A stretch of DNA of 58,684 bases, the filler included, from Sphacelaria rigidula (taxonomy: Eukaryota), in the NCBI GenBank assembly GCA_964200075.2. It is 3 parts of 3 records of this genome, joined end to end, with 100 filler letters (N's around TTAATTAATTAA, not from the genome) between each part and the next. Parts side by side here need not be neighbours in the genome. Positions count along the whole stretch, not along the records: positions 19,603 to 39,093 come from CAXNAA020000656.1; positions 39,194 to 58,684 come from CAXNAA020000657.1; 1 more part is not named here. One strand, given 5' to 3'. Made by a program: the position numbers and the translations under genes. Positions 38,502 to 51,183 of the stretch are shown here, piece by piece (position 1 is the first letter of the stretch; the number at the start of each line of letters is the position of its first letter). Below the pieces are notes generated by a model. The model saw nothing but the letters and a program-made list of their open reading frames with translations, ran no database searches and was not told where the DNA came from.

Positions 38502-39093
38502 CTCGTGCGGACGGTCTACGGCACTCGACAGCCCCCCGCATACACACAAGATGTAGAGGACCTAGTTTGATATCCTGCTGGCGTCGCGTCAGCGGCCCGA
38601 AAATCCCCCCCCAGAGCGGAAAACACCCTTTTAGTACATTTGGGTTATTTGCGAGTCAGCATCACGCCCAAACGCGAAAACTAAACTAGTCGACGTAGCT
38701 TGGGTGCGTGGGAGACGCGCGCAAAAAACGGTTTTCAAAACTGTTTCAATTTTGTACGTGCAGATTATAAAAATCAAACTCTCAAGCTTTCACAGGTCTT
38801 GCGACTTCGATGCAGTTGGTTACCGTGACCCATGATCTCCTGATACGGGAATTTTATTATTATTATTATTATTTCCGCACATTAGTCCGATCTCGCGAAC
38901 CCGTGGTCACAGACGTGGGCTCGCCTGTCCAATACCGTCCCTTCTATTCCTTACCAGACACATTATCAAAATAAAGAAGAAAAAAAAAACTAATAATAAG
39001 AAGAGCGACGCCACGAAAACCGGAGAGAAGTAGCTCCCCCGAGTTCAACGGAGAGAGAAAAGAAAGAAAGACAAAACAAACAAACAAACAAAC

Positions 39094-39193
39094 NNNNNNN
39101 NNNNNNNNNNNNNNNNNNNNNNNNNNNNNNNNNNNNNTTAATTAATTAANNNNNNNNNNNNNNNNNNNNNNNNNNNNNNNNNNNNNNNNNNNN
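39094..39193. other. Assembly gap with artificial TTAATTAATTAA linker
   Basis: N-run with central linker, as at 19503-19602. Confidence 0.95.
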
Positions 39194-42100
39194 GCGAGGT
39201 CAATGGTCTTATGACTATGGCATGCATGATCATGAGTACACCCCCAACCCCCCCCCGAGAGCGCAAAACATCTCATTTTGGTACGTTTGGGTTTGTTGCG
39301 GCTCAGTATCATGCTCAAACGAAAAAAGTGAAATGACTTGACCTACCAGGGCGATTTTCTTTTTGGACTACGCACTGATGACGGTGAAAATGTCAGCAGA
39401 GCCACGATGTTTCAGCTCACTGCCTGTACATACTACAAAGAATTTATAAAGCACGCGATTGACACAAAGTTGCATGTTCGACCAAATGCAATGTTTTGGC
39501 CCTAATGTCACGACATTTGCTTGGGTGGAATCCGCCATGTGCTGCTCTGTCTTGTGGGGATGTGTACAAAGGACAACCTCACGTATCATGAGCGAATGCC
39601 CTTTCACTCCTTGGCTTGTAGAGGACGAGTTCACCGATGAAACACGGCCGTCTTGTTACAAACGTTGTCGAAACAGAGCCCAAGGCATGCGCGACGCGGC
39701 TGGTCATGGTATCCAAATTTCCGTACTTTCTCGTTCTAGGACGATGTCAGGCACGCCTTTCACTGCAGATGTGTTGGTTTTTGGCGGGCATAACTGCTGC
39801 TGTTCGTGTTCTTGTCTTGTCATCTTCACAATGGTGATAAACGTGGGGTGGCAGCTCGGGAGCGTGCGCTTCCCGAGTAGTACAGCAGCTACACTAGTGC
39901 ACCAAGAGGTTCCACCCTCTGACCTGGAGCGAGTTATCCGAAGAAACAATATCATATCAATACCGAGCACTCACAGGCTCAATTATATGTACCATGTTTA
40001 TAGTACATTTCATATGAGCCAGGTCGTTGTTTTTAGGTGACGCGTGTACTCTTGATTGATATGATTCAACTGATTGCGTTTAATTCTTACGCATAGAGCG
40101 TTCGCGATCCATTTTCCCGAAATATGGTGCTCAAAATCGGGCCCCGGTCCCATCGACAACAGTAGTATAATACGGTGTTTGCGCAGACCAATTTCAGGTC
40201 AGGACTTGAACTTTGTAATTCCCCTGAAGTCCGACGTCGGTCCAAAGTCCGATAGTTGCGTTTCGCTCGGTTTGGACCTTTAATAAGGGATGCTATTGGC
40301 CAACAGGCGTGACGTGTAAGGTGTAAACATCCTGCCGACAACACACACCACACCAGCCACCTCGCTGCTCGCGCAAACACCAGAGCACACGCCCAGAATA
40401 TGGCGAATCACCGAGTGATGGTGTGGCAGTAGTGTTCTTTTGAAGTCAGTACAGTAACATATGCCCAAAGAAATAGTATGTTGAGCACAACTTGACACCG
40501 ACAGCGATCGACGTGACGTGTATCCGGTTTGCACAGAAGTTGTTGCAGACGAGAAGAATCATTTTCATCACAAGTCATGAATCACAGGAACAAGCAACGT
40601 ACTTTTCACTCGTGGTCTGTCTTTGCCGCGTGCCTGACCCCTCTTGCGTTGCCAGCATAGCTTCACACTATAGTGTTCTTGTGGAACACGAAGCAGAGAC
40701 ACCAATAGCGTGCAGTAGACTATGATCAGTGCAGAACGACGCATGCTCACGGTTTCTTGCCGCTAAGTCCAATGAAGATATACAACATACAATAATCTGA
40801 TATATACCGACTTTGCCCGCACTTGAGTGCGGGTGGGTAAAAACTCGTGAGGGTTTCTCCTGAAGTATGTTTTCTATATTTGCGGAGCATGCGGGTAAAA
40901 TCTAGGTTACAGACAGTAGGTCTCAAGTAAATTGTATTATCCGTGTCCACTCCCAAACCACGCACAGTATGATTCCTCCACAGGGCGATAAATGCTTTGA
41001 TCCCACCCCACTTCGGTGCAGACCGAAACACAGCATGCAGCACTACAACTGTGTAGGCACTCTCCCGCACACATCACACCATCATCGTCGTGGAGTGTGT
41101 AGATGCACAACATCACAGCGACAACTACAGCATAGAAATTATAAGTGTGGGAAGCGCCTTCTTCGTTTGACTCAAGGCGAAATAGCAAACACACCATGAA
41201 GGTGTCAACAGTGTCTAGAGAGCACTGCGTGCCGACAGCATTATTTTTTGAAGCGAACGCCATGGTAGTATTAATGCAACTCAGGCAGTCAGTCCCAGCG
41301 GAAATCAAACCGTCTTCAAAATGGCCCGGAGACACCATAGCACAGTGACAGCTACAGCACAAGAGACAGCGCATGGGTGTGTTTGTGCTGCGGCACAGTG
41401 ATACAGGACATGTCCTATGTAATAGGTTTCCTCCTCCTTTCAGACGGGTCCTCAATTTTGGCCGGGTGCCGATGTTTGAACGCTCGGCCATGATTGCGCT
41501 TTGTGTGAAAATGTTTGAATTCACGTTGAGCTACCCTCATCTGTGGGATTTGAGCCAAAAAAACTTCTCCTGCTGTATTGCATGCTTGCTCTCTTCTCCT
41601 GCTCTGAACTTCCGTGCAGGCTGGATACACGTCACGTTTATGTTGTTCGCGCTGCTCGCTGTCTGTGCGTTGTGCTCAACACTCGTTCTTTATGCATGTG
41701 CTGCTATGCTGACTTCATAAAAGCTCCACTGTCACACGAACCACTCTCGGCGTGTGGTCTGGTGTGCGCCCTACGCGAGATATGGTATCCTCCGGGAGGA
41801 CGGAAATCCCTTCGGGCCTGTCGGCCAATAGCATGTACATGATCGAATGATCAGCGGTACGGTAGCTCCCTTGCGGGATCATCATTGTACTACAAGTTGT
41901 CTACTGTCTGATGTGCGGTATCTGCATGTACAGTAGGTTCTCAAAAGCACAACACTGTAGGGCTTCTGTATTTTAACAATAGCGATTAAAGTATGTGGGA
42001 GGGATCACGTGTTGGGCAGGTTCTTTAAAAGGTTTGATTGGTTCTTGAAAAGTTCTGATGGGTTCTGAAAATATGTTCTGAAACAAACGAAACACTCTCC

Positions 42101-42695
42101 TGTCACAGAAATCCAATGCCGAATCTGAAATGACCTGAGACAACAGCCAATGTGAAAATTGGAATTCCTGTGCCGTTTTTATTGCATTTTCCGATTTTGT
42201 GAAAACGATTGTGGGTTCCATCTTGCAAAGACGAAATCCTTCGTGGGGCTTTTCTTCAATCTGTGTTCCACAAACACAAACTCTTGCGTTGCGTGTTACA
42301 TGTGTATTCTTTTTGCGTTCTTCATACTGTTTTCCTTTCTTCCGAAATTAACCCCCAAACCCAACTTCAACATTATTTTCGATACATGATAATAATGGGG
42401 AAAGTTATGATAATCGAAAAAGTCATTTTAATTCGTTCATGAGAACGACAGGAATTGCTTTCATCGAGCAACTATACACACGTGGACGGATAGCATCTTG
42501 TAGGACGTGATGCACAGGGTTTTTCACAGTCTGTTGTGAGAAATCCTGCACTGCATTTACAAACCCTAGTACCTCTACCAGCATTGGGCATAGAGTTTTT
42601 TTCGAAACCCTGCAAGCAACCCTGTGGAGAGGCCCTCCCAATTTTGAAATTTCGAAAATATTTTGGTACAAAATCTGTAATCTTATTTCATTAAA

Positions 42696-42786
42696 ATAGC
42701 TTCCCCTGCTGTTTGAGATAAATCCTTTCTACCCAATTCAAATCGGGCAAAAAAGAATTTATCTCGAACAGCAGGAGAAGCTATTC
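42696..42786. repeat. Short imperfect palindrome
   Basis: aatagcttcccctgctgtttgagataaat ... atttatctcgaacagcaggagaagctatt. Confidence 0.7.
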
Positions 42787-43451
42787 AAAACAGATCCTTT
42801 TTTCGCCCAACTGGAAAAAAAAAAAATGTATTTCGAATTTCCTCTGCTGCACAAGTCCCATGCACACTGGCAGACTTGAAATTTGAACAGCAGAAGAAGC
42901 TCAAAATAAATCCTCACTTCGCCCGCCAATTCATCCGGGAATTCGGCGAAAAGATAATTATTGCGAACAGCCTCAGCTGTGCAGATCCCGCATATTGCAC
43001 GGTTATCAGCGGATGGGATCCGAGACGCAGAAAGAAATGATGAAAATAATTCATCCTCTTGGCCCCCAGATCATGTATCAATTGGGCTAAAAAGGATGAA
43101 TTCTCAACAACTTTTGCTGGACACAAACCCCACACACTGCTTACGAGGATATGTCCACACGCCTGTGCTTCGAAGCGACGCTTCCGCTGCAGGCGTGGTA
43201 AAGGTGCTGTATCCACGGAATATACCTCAAAGCTTATAAAAACCCCGTCGTCCAGTCTCTACCGAGACAAAGCAAATGGTGTTTAGCAAAAACGCGAAAA
43301 AGAATTGATCGCGTTGTATGTTTTTACTTTGATTGGGATGATTGATTGACTGACTGTCGCACTTTAACTGATCCCCCAGCAGGGGTCCAGCCGTGGTCTA
43401 TAAAATCACAACAATAAACTGTACAATACCATGCAGGACAGTGCACCAAAC

Positions 43452-43890
43452 ACGGGATCTTACAAATTGGGGATGGATCTTTTATTGGGGATGAGAAACC
43501 CGGAGGATTAAAATCTTCGTATCCACACCAAATCTTCGAAATATGGTTTCATTTTTTCACCTACTAATAGCTATTGACAACCGCTACACGCCGTTTAAAT
43601 TTGGATTTTGATCACCGAAATATTTGGGTCCTGGGTGAAAAACCAATTTTGGAGAATTCCGGGTGTCCGAACGGACGCCAAAATGGTTCCGAATTTGTTT
43701 TTCACCTAGGACCCCAACATTTCGGTTATAGAAATCCCAATTTCTATGGCGTGTAGCAGTTGTCAATAGCTATTAGTAGGTGAAGAAATGGAACCATATT
43801 CCGAGCATTTGGTGTGGATACGAGGATTTTAATACCCCGGGGTTCTCATCCCCAATAAAAGATCCATCCCCAAAATTTGTAGGGTTCCGT
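43452..43890. mobile_element. Fold-back (near-complete palindromic) MITE-like element
   Basis: About 215-bp arms pair to a centre at about 43670 (tgtccg aa cggacg), and mirrored ORFs appear in the track. No TSD seen. Confidence 0.8.
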
Positions 43891-44986
43891 CTTCATACTG
43901 CGTGCTCATACGTCAGGTGCTATAAACTGCAGAGTGAGCACGGCATATGCGCTACGTATGGCGATGCAATGTGTATATATGCTGCAGCTTATATTTGGAT
44001 ATACGCGGGTGTTATATACCGTAGGAGTAACTACAAAGTTCGCACAGCACGCGCACGTACATACATATATATGCGCATTCAAGTGCAGCACGCAGTGAGG
44101 AGGGAGTGGAAAGGAAGCCGGGGAAGTACAGTACAGACAGCGCAGGGCTATACCTGTTCCCTGCCTACACTGCGACGTGAAAAGGACTTGAACAACGTGC
44201 AGCTTTGTGCTGACGATGCCTGCGCTCATACATCAACTATACGGTGAGTACATGCTATATATACCTCGCGTGCATGTGGAGGTTCGATCCGTCGCCATGC
44301 GATGCCGCGCGACCATGGAAGAAGATGCTCAAGTTTCCATGTATCGATAAGAAATACCTCATACCCAACCACGGCAGGGTGTATCTGTTTCCCTGTGCCC
44401 AAATCGTGCTCTTTGCTCCAGACAGTATATAGAGCTGTGCGGTATAGCTGGGAACAAAAGAGTAATTGTTATGGGTGATTTGCATAGATCTCTGGTCATG
44501 GTATATACAATATAATATACAAGTAACTTGAAGTACAAAATTCCTGGGGTCCCAAAGGTCAAACTCCAGAAGTAAATTGCACCCGGGAGAGCACTTTCCC
44601 CCCAAAGTTGCCAACAGACATCCATTTTAAAATTACAAAATAAGGGTGCTCATGTTTTCGTTTCTCAAGTTATATTAACAGCGTGGAATCGTTTTTGAGG
44701 TTCAACATTTTCATGGGGTTCAGTGGACCATCGAAATTTCATTTGCTTTGTTCAAAAGGCTCTGGAGTGGCAAGCGGTTTCGACCATGTGCCCATAACCC
44801 AGAGGTTTCTGCACTGGAGCGAAAGCATGATGGTATGCAGTCTAACCGAGAAGCCGCCCTTGTTCATTGTGCCGCATCTATCGGGCAACCCTTGCGTCTA
44901 AGCGCTACTGAACACGTACCAAAGCATGCTGACAACATACTTCTTTGGACTAGACATCGAGTTTTCCAGCGCCTCTTGTTGTGCAT

Positions 44987-45234
44987 TATAGCCTCTGCCA
45001 GACGATCTGGACAAGAGGACTATCCACGAGGGACTCCTCCAGTAGCACTAGCCTCGTGCTCAACAAGTCTTTCCTTCTCACTATTTCTCATCATGGAGTA
45101 AACGGCTGCGGCCCAGTACCATCAGGCATGGGCTACATAGCAAGGGTCATCATCGACAGGATGCCATTGTCCCCTGGTCATCACCCAGGATCCTCCATGC
45201 TACATTCACTACGCCTTGGTACATTTTGGCTACA
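44987..45234 (-). repeat. 3' LTR
   Basis: About 15 mismatches versus 48901-49148 by manual count, termini TGTAGCC...GGCTATA. Confidence 0.88.
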
Positions 45235-48200
45235 GCACCCCCAAAGCGAGTTCAACACAAACGAACGAGCTTGACAACCAACAAAATACCATGGCGAATT
45301 CGCATGCTCCAAATCACAACGAAACGCCATACTCCGACGCTGATTCACATGTCAGCGCCCGAGTCAGCCTAACTTTACGCAATTCCTGCGCAACAAATGC
45401 AGACGCAGAAAACGTTATCTCCCAAAGCGACTTTTACGTACTTTCTTTAGCACTGGACCCATCTCAATGGACCAAAACAATAATATGACCATTGCTTCAG
45501 AACCATTCGACCAATGGGTATTGTGGTGAGCCGATCTCTTGGTGAAAAAGGAGCTCAAGCTTATCTCCTGACAGCATACGCAACATCAAATGGGTGTTGC
45601 ACCTCCAGCGCGTCGCTCTGCTGCGCGATTCCTGTTCTTGGTTCTTGAAGTGCGTGGCGGTATCACTAACCCACACACGCCGCACCCCTAAAGTCTTGCA
45701 TCATTGCAACAAATACTTAGCCGTAACCTCGGCAGTGCAAGTCTCGGTTGGTTCCAACCAAACGAAATTCGAAAAATCATTCGGGATAAAAAACATACAG
45801 CAAACCATCAGGCAGTTAGTACCGTCAAGTTCGCTACTTCCGACGTACAAAAATCAAGTTGAACAATCTCACCTGGCGCAATACCTTGAACAGTATCGCC
45901 AAAAACGTGCCACGGGCAAGGATCAGTTTTCATACGTGCATAAGTTCTTTGATCCTCAAACACACGAAAACTGGTGTGATGACGAAACCTCGTGTGATTT
46001 CTGCTCACAGACAACGAGCGTACGCATCTCGTAGTTTCAGCTCATTTTCACGTCATCAGCAGTAGTCACCGTCTCCTACAGTCAGTACGAGCTTCATTTC
46101 ATTCATCATTCTGCAGTATTTTGTTAACTGCCTCACCCTGACGGTCATCAGACGCCATGCACATCAGTAGCATTCGAGCGAAAAGTGCACACATGCATGC
46201 CAAGATCCCACTCAGCGTACAAAAATTCGTACATGCATGCCAATATTTGACTCAGGACCTGCAATGCAACCCGTGTTGCACAAACCATGCATCATGCATG
46301 CTATTCAGAGCAGCACAACACAAGCACACCAAATTCCACGCGTACACCGGCCTTTTCCAGCGAACGCAACATGAGCATACCCGCTCTACTGTCATGCTTC
46401 ATGCGCGAAGAGCTACACAAATATGACCCAAAAGCACACCACAACAACGTTTAATTGTCAGAAAACGATTCGGAAATATCCGTCATCATGTGCGTCCTCA
46501 TGCTCAACAAGCACCCTCACGAGTACTTGCTCCTCGACAATATTCAATCCGGAGCTCACCACAATATCACTCATCTCAGGTGATCCCCGCTTTGTAGGAT
46601 TCCAGTCTGCTCCTGCGAAGTAGCAGCACTGGAACCACTACCTTCTGCACACCATAGAGCAACAATTTCTCTCGTACGGTAGCTCCTAGCAGCCACATCT
46701 AGCACCCCCATGGTGAATCTCAACATGCCACCAAACAGCATATCCTTACTGCCGAACCAATGCGACATATGCTCTGCCTCCACAGAAGCTTGCGCGTCGA
46801 CGATTTCTCCTGTTTCAGTCGCTTTTTAAGGCGAAACGAGAGATGGAACGGTAACAACCATACAGTCCCGCATAGCAGCAGCTCTCGAGGGCGCCACACC
46901 ATCCTCATTAAGAGTCTGACCTGACATCATGTGAGCAATATCACGCATTATTCGCTTACATTTACGATGGGACAACGGCAAATTGACCATCCGAAATCTA
47001 CGATCCATCAACGCCTTATAAAACGCTCTCACCGCACAATTCTTCACACGCCATCCCGTATCGCCGACCCACACCTCCGGCGACCCCATCGCTTTTGCTT
47101 TAACCATGTCAGAAATTGCTCCACTTTCTTCGCCTCCACATTAGACTGTGCGGGCTCCAACCACACAAAGTTGCTCACGTCGTCTTTGATTACCAAATTA
47201 TCTTGGATAGGATCTCCGTCGTCCAACCCACCATATTCCAGCTGACCACTCGCTGCATCGCTGAGGAAATAGAATTTCATGGCCTCCTCCGGGCGAGTAC
47301 CCTACACACTTTCCCCACCATGCACCATATCCTCGTGGGGAGAGGGAATGTGCGCCCCCACCTTGGATTCGCTCACCCGTCGCGAGCAGAATTTTCCGGC
47401 ATTTCCATCGCCGCTCTCTCCAAGCTTGACTGCAAACTGCAGTACAGTAACCCAAACGCCACCAAAACTGCAACGCACGAAGCTAGCCACCCGGCCTTCA
47501 CCGAATTGTTGCAATTGGGCTGGGCCTTCGCAGCCGTCGCCTGTGACTGTGGCTGCACCCTCATAGGCGGTACGGCTCCACGCTGAGGAGCTTCCTCTTC
47601 ATTTCGATTGTATCCTTCTTGCTCTCACTTTGGAACGACCACTCAGGGAAGATCACCCGCCTAGCCGGAAGATAGTTGTGGTTGTTCACCCCGGTCTGCA
47701 CCGGCACAGCACGAGGGCGTAACTTTTCCAAAGCCAGCGGATAAATATCTACCCCGAGTTCCTTCATAGTCGCCATGCCAAACAACACCACGTTGTCGTT
47801 GCCAGGCATGACCGCGAAATTGATTGGTGACATCTCCACAGCACCCCATGGCGTTCGCACGCTTACAGCAATAGGCACCGTTTTACGAGAAATAGTCACG
47901 GGCGCACCCGTGGCGCTCTGTGCCATTTGCGGTCCATTTTCGAATGGTAGCTGTAGCTGGGCGCATCCAAACTGTGAAGACATCTGTTGTAGCAACCGCA
48001 CACTTGTTGATGTGAGTGCTGATCCAGAGTCAAGAAAAAACGCAAGCCATAAATGAACCAATAGAACCGGGTTTAGAGAGATCAGCGCGCAAGCATTCTG
48101 CGCTACGGTCAACCGGTACCACACCTGTCGAAGAAAAACTCTGGTTAGTACCTAGAGTCACTTGACGCCAAGGCAGCGCTCCAGCACTTGACATCGATGC

Positions 48201-48900
48201 TTTTGCATTTGTCGCAACAGTGGAAGATACACCCGACACAAATCCTGTTGGGCCTATGGGTTGCGAGCCTTCCGCTCTAGCACTCCTCACAAAAGTATTA
48301 CCTCCTCCCACAGATATATGTCAGCCGCCCCGACACAGACGAACCTGGAGACCCAGCGTCATCACTTAAAAGCGCATTTAGGGATACAATAGCGGCGGAA
48401 TTACACATCTCCGTCGCTTGATTTCGTTTTTGGCCCCTGCACTGCACCCGTACCTCTGGTTGCTCCGACCTTGTCCGTCATAACGACCGCCTCGAGATCT
48501 TGACCCATCTCGCGCATTTCCTTGCGCAGCGCCTTTAGCGCAAGGCTTGGGGCAGTTTCCTCAAATATGCCCATGGTCTCCACGATTGTAACACGAGCGA
48601 GTGAAAAACGCTTGCGAAGTCGGCAGCTCTTCCTGTTGCTTGTGCTCGCCATACTTTGACGTTTCTAACGGTTTATCCCAAACCAGCGGCATCGTCGCCG
48701 CTTGAGCCATGTTCTCTATGACTCAAAATCACGGATAGACTCTTGCCTTACTTGAGCGTCCCTCCAGCGGAGTGTGTTCCTCCAAACGCTGTGCGCTGTA
48801 AGCTGTCTTCCGTCTGCGGGCTTAACTGGCTCTATGCTGCATCCTAATCTCTCCTCAGCTAAAACTCCTCTAACAGAGTGCCGGGAAAATATCTAGATAT

Positions 48901-49148
48901 TATAGCCTCTGCCAGACGATCTGGACAAGAGGACTATCCACGAGGGACTCCTCCAGTAGCGCTGGCCTCGTGCTCAACAAGTCATTTCTTCTCACTTGTT
49001 CGTATCATGGAGTAAACAGCTGCAGCTCAGTACCATCAGGCATGGGCTACACAGCAAGGGTCATCGTCCACAGGATGCCATTGTCCCCTGGTCATCATCC
49101 AGGATCCTCCATGCTACATTCACTACGCCTTGGTACATTTTGGCTACA
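48901..49148 (-). repeat. 5' LTR
   Basis: Direct repeat of 44987-45234, upstream of gag-like and protease remnants. Confidence 0.88.
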
Positions 49149-49302
49149 GTATCTGAGAGAAACTTCATACTGTTGCGTCGGCGACGGCCGCCTTCAGCGA
49201 ACCGATCCAATGCGGCGGCAGACGCCAACGATCTTCGAAACGCTGCGTCATTCAGCAGTCTGCTGAGATAAACCATCACCACAGCACAGCATCACCACAG
49301 TA

Positions 49303-50260
49303 CAGTGGTCAGTTGGATCAAATGGGTGCTCCACGATAAAGCTGCAGACACACACAACGGGAGTAAGGGTTAGTCCGACGCCTGGGCTTGTTTCGCCAGT
49401 CGTGCCCATGCGAGGCGCTTCATCTAGTCTGAACCAGTTATCACGCCTTGTATGGCCATCCCGCCGTGGCTGTGTTGAGAACCGGTTTCGCGGTGGAGCT
49501 GTTGAACAATCATACTAGTGCAACGCGCTTAAAAATTTCGAGCCGCCTCTTTTTAATTTCAAAGCCGCGGCAGCTCTATGTCGAATATCCCTTCTGACGA
49601 TCCTAAACGGGTGCTGACAAAGCGACGAAAAGCGCTGGCACCGTCACCCTGAGATGCGATTTGAGAGAACTGTGGGGGTATTTGGTGAACATCGCTTGGA
49701 ATGGAATATGTAGAACAGTATCCAGGAGTATATCGTAAGTACATGTTCCCTTGTTCAAAACCGAAATTCCCTTGCTCGAACACTTTACACATGTTCAACA
49801 ATGAACGACTGCTTTCCAAGAAAACAACTCGTTATTTCCAGACTTCCCTAGGGGTTCAATTCTAACGTTGAGGTTGTCTCAAATCCCATCTCAGGATGAC
49901 GGTGCCAGCACTTTTCGTCGCTTTGTCAGCACCCGTTTAGGACCATCAGAAGGGATATTCGACATAGAGCTGCCGCGGCTTTTAATTTGAAAAGAAGAAG
50001 CTCGAAATGTTTAAGCGCGTTGCACTACAAAAGTAGTATTGTTCAACAGCTCTACCGCGAAACCGGTTCTCAACACAGCCACGGCGGAGGTGGCCATACA
50101 AGGCGTGATAGCTGGTTCAGACTAGATTATTCAGACTAGATTAAGCGCCTCGCATGGGCACGACTGGCGAAACAAGCCCAGGCGTCGGACTAACCCTTAC
50201 CCCCGTTGTGTGTGTCTGCAGCTTTATCGTGGAGCACCCATTTGATCCAACTGACCACTG
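49303..50260. mobile_element. Tc1/mariner-type non-autonomous element with about 370-bp TIRs
   Basis: TA|CAGTGGTCAGTTGGATCAAATGG...CCATTTGATCCAACTGACCACTG|TA, arms about 49303-49670 and 49873-50260. Confidence 0.9.
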
Positions 50261-50330
50261 TAGTCTAGTTGGTTGTCTCTTCAACCGTCCCAAAAGTTAG
50301 TCGCTGGTTCGATTCCCGTCGGAAGCACTT
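50261..50330 (+). mobile_element. tRNA-like (Pol III) SINE head
   Basis: A box TAGTCTAGTTGG and B box GGTTCGATTCC. Confidence 0.55.
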
Positions 50331-50484
50331 TCTTTGAAGAAAAAAGAGGAGAGAAAACCTCTGTAAAAAAATTGACCCCAAGGAGAAAAAAACTCTCTGA
50401 AAAATTGGCCCAAAATAAAAAGGGTGGGGTATGGCCTGGTGGCTATGTTTGGAGTGTACTGCTGAGGATTCCAGTGCACACACT

Positions 50485-51183
50485 CTACGTCGCCTTGCTG
50501 ATGATCGACTCCTTGACCACCAGCCCAATCCCATGTTGATCAGCCCGTCCCTTGCCTCCCTTTGCCCCGCAGCAAAAGACGCGGTATCCCGCCGCACAAA
50601 ATTCGGATCGACCTGGTGTCCTCGTTTCCTGTAGCCCGATGACGTCACATCTGACTAAGCCTGACATTTTCGCAGGACCACCTCAACATGGCCAGCTCCG
50701 TTCTTTCCCGTGAGGGACAGTGTACTGTACTGACCTTATAGGTAGCCACTTTGAGCTCCCCACTACTTGTTCTAGCCTTAGCCTTCTCTATACCCACACG
50801 TATTTCTCTTTTTTCTGCTCTCCTTTCTGCTCTCCTTTCTGCTCTCCTTTCTGCTCTCCTTTCTCGCCTGTTGGGCCTTTACATTTTACGTGCGAGCTGT
50901 TGTTTCAGTTCCAATTTTTCTTCGCCACGATTATCACTGTACTTGCCTTGCTGGTTGGTCTCGCGGAAAGAGTGCAGCCTTCCCATCCCGAGTCGGTCGC
51001 TCTCTCCAGTCCGCCGAATCTGATATACTTACTCACACGTGCCTCACCTCCATCAACGTGCTTTCCGTGACAGTGTCTCAATGCCGGGTAAAACGCTACA
51101 GCTGCGGGATTCAGTTTGGTTCCCATTCTAGGGTAGAACTCCGGAGTTGAAGGGTTGAGCCTGGACGTTGGCACCGTCGACAT
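50485..51183 (-). pseudogene. 5' part of a LINE ORF: N-terminal region with tandem PAM2-like motifs + APE endonuclease fragment
   Basis: ELKVATYKV, CDVIGLQETR and HGIGLVVKES are APE motifs. Upstream lie (RRAE)n from a 12-bp tandem at 50812-50864 and SRLNPSTPEFYP / TKLNPAAVAFYP. Frameshifted. Confidence 0.8.

Larger units (their letters stand above)
44987..49148 (-). mobile_element. Decayed, internally deleted Ty3/gypsy-type LTR retrotransposon
   Basis: 248-bp direct repeats at 44987-45234 and 48901-49148, G-rich PPT-like tract before the 3' LTR, protease FLDSGS (about 48030), integrase remnants LVIKDDVSNFVWLEP (about 47150-47200) and GEIVQLDF / VWVSDTATHFKN (about 45640-45900), flanks GCAT/GTAT. 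Confidence 0.88.

Noticed and set aside
43574-43766. Pair of similar antiparallel 60-aa ORFs
   Set aside because: A by-product of the palindromic element
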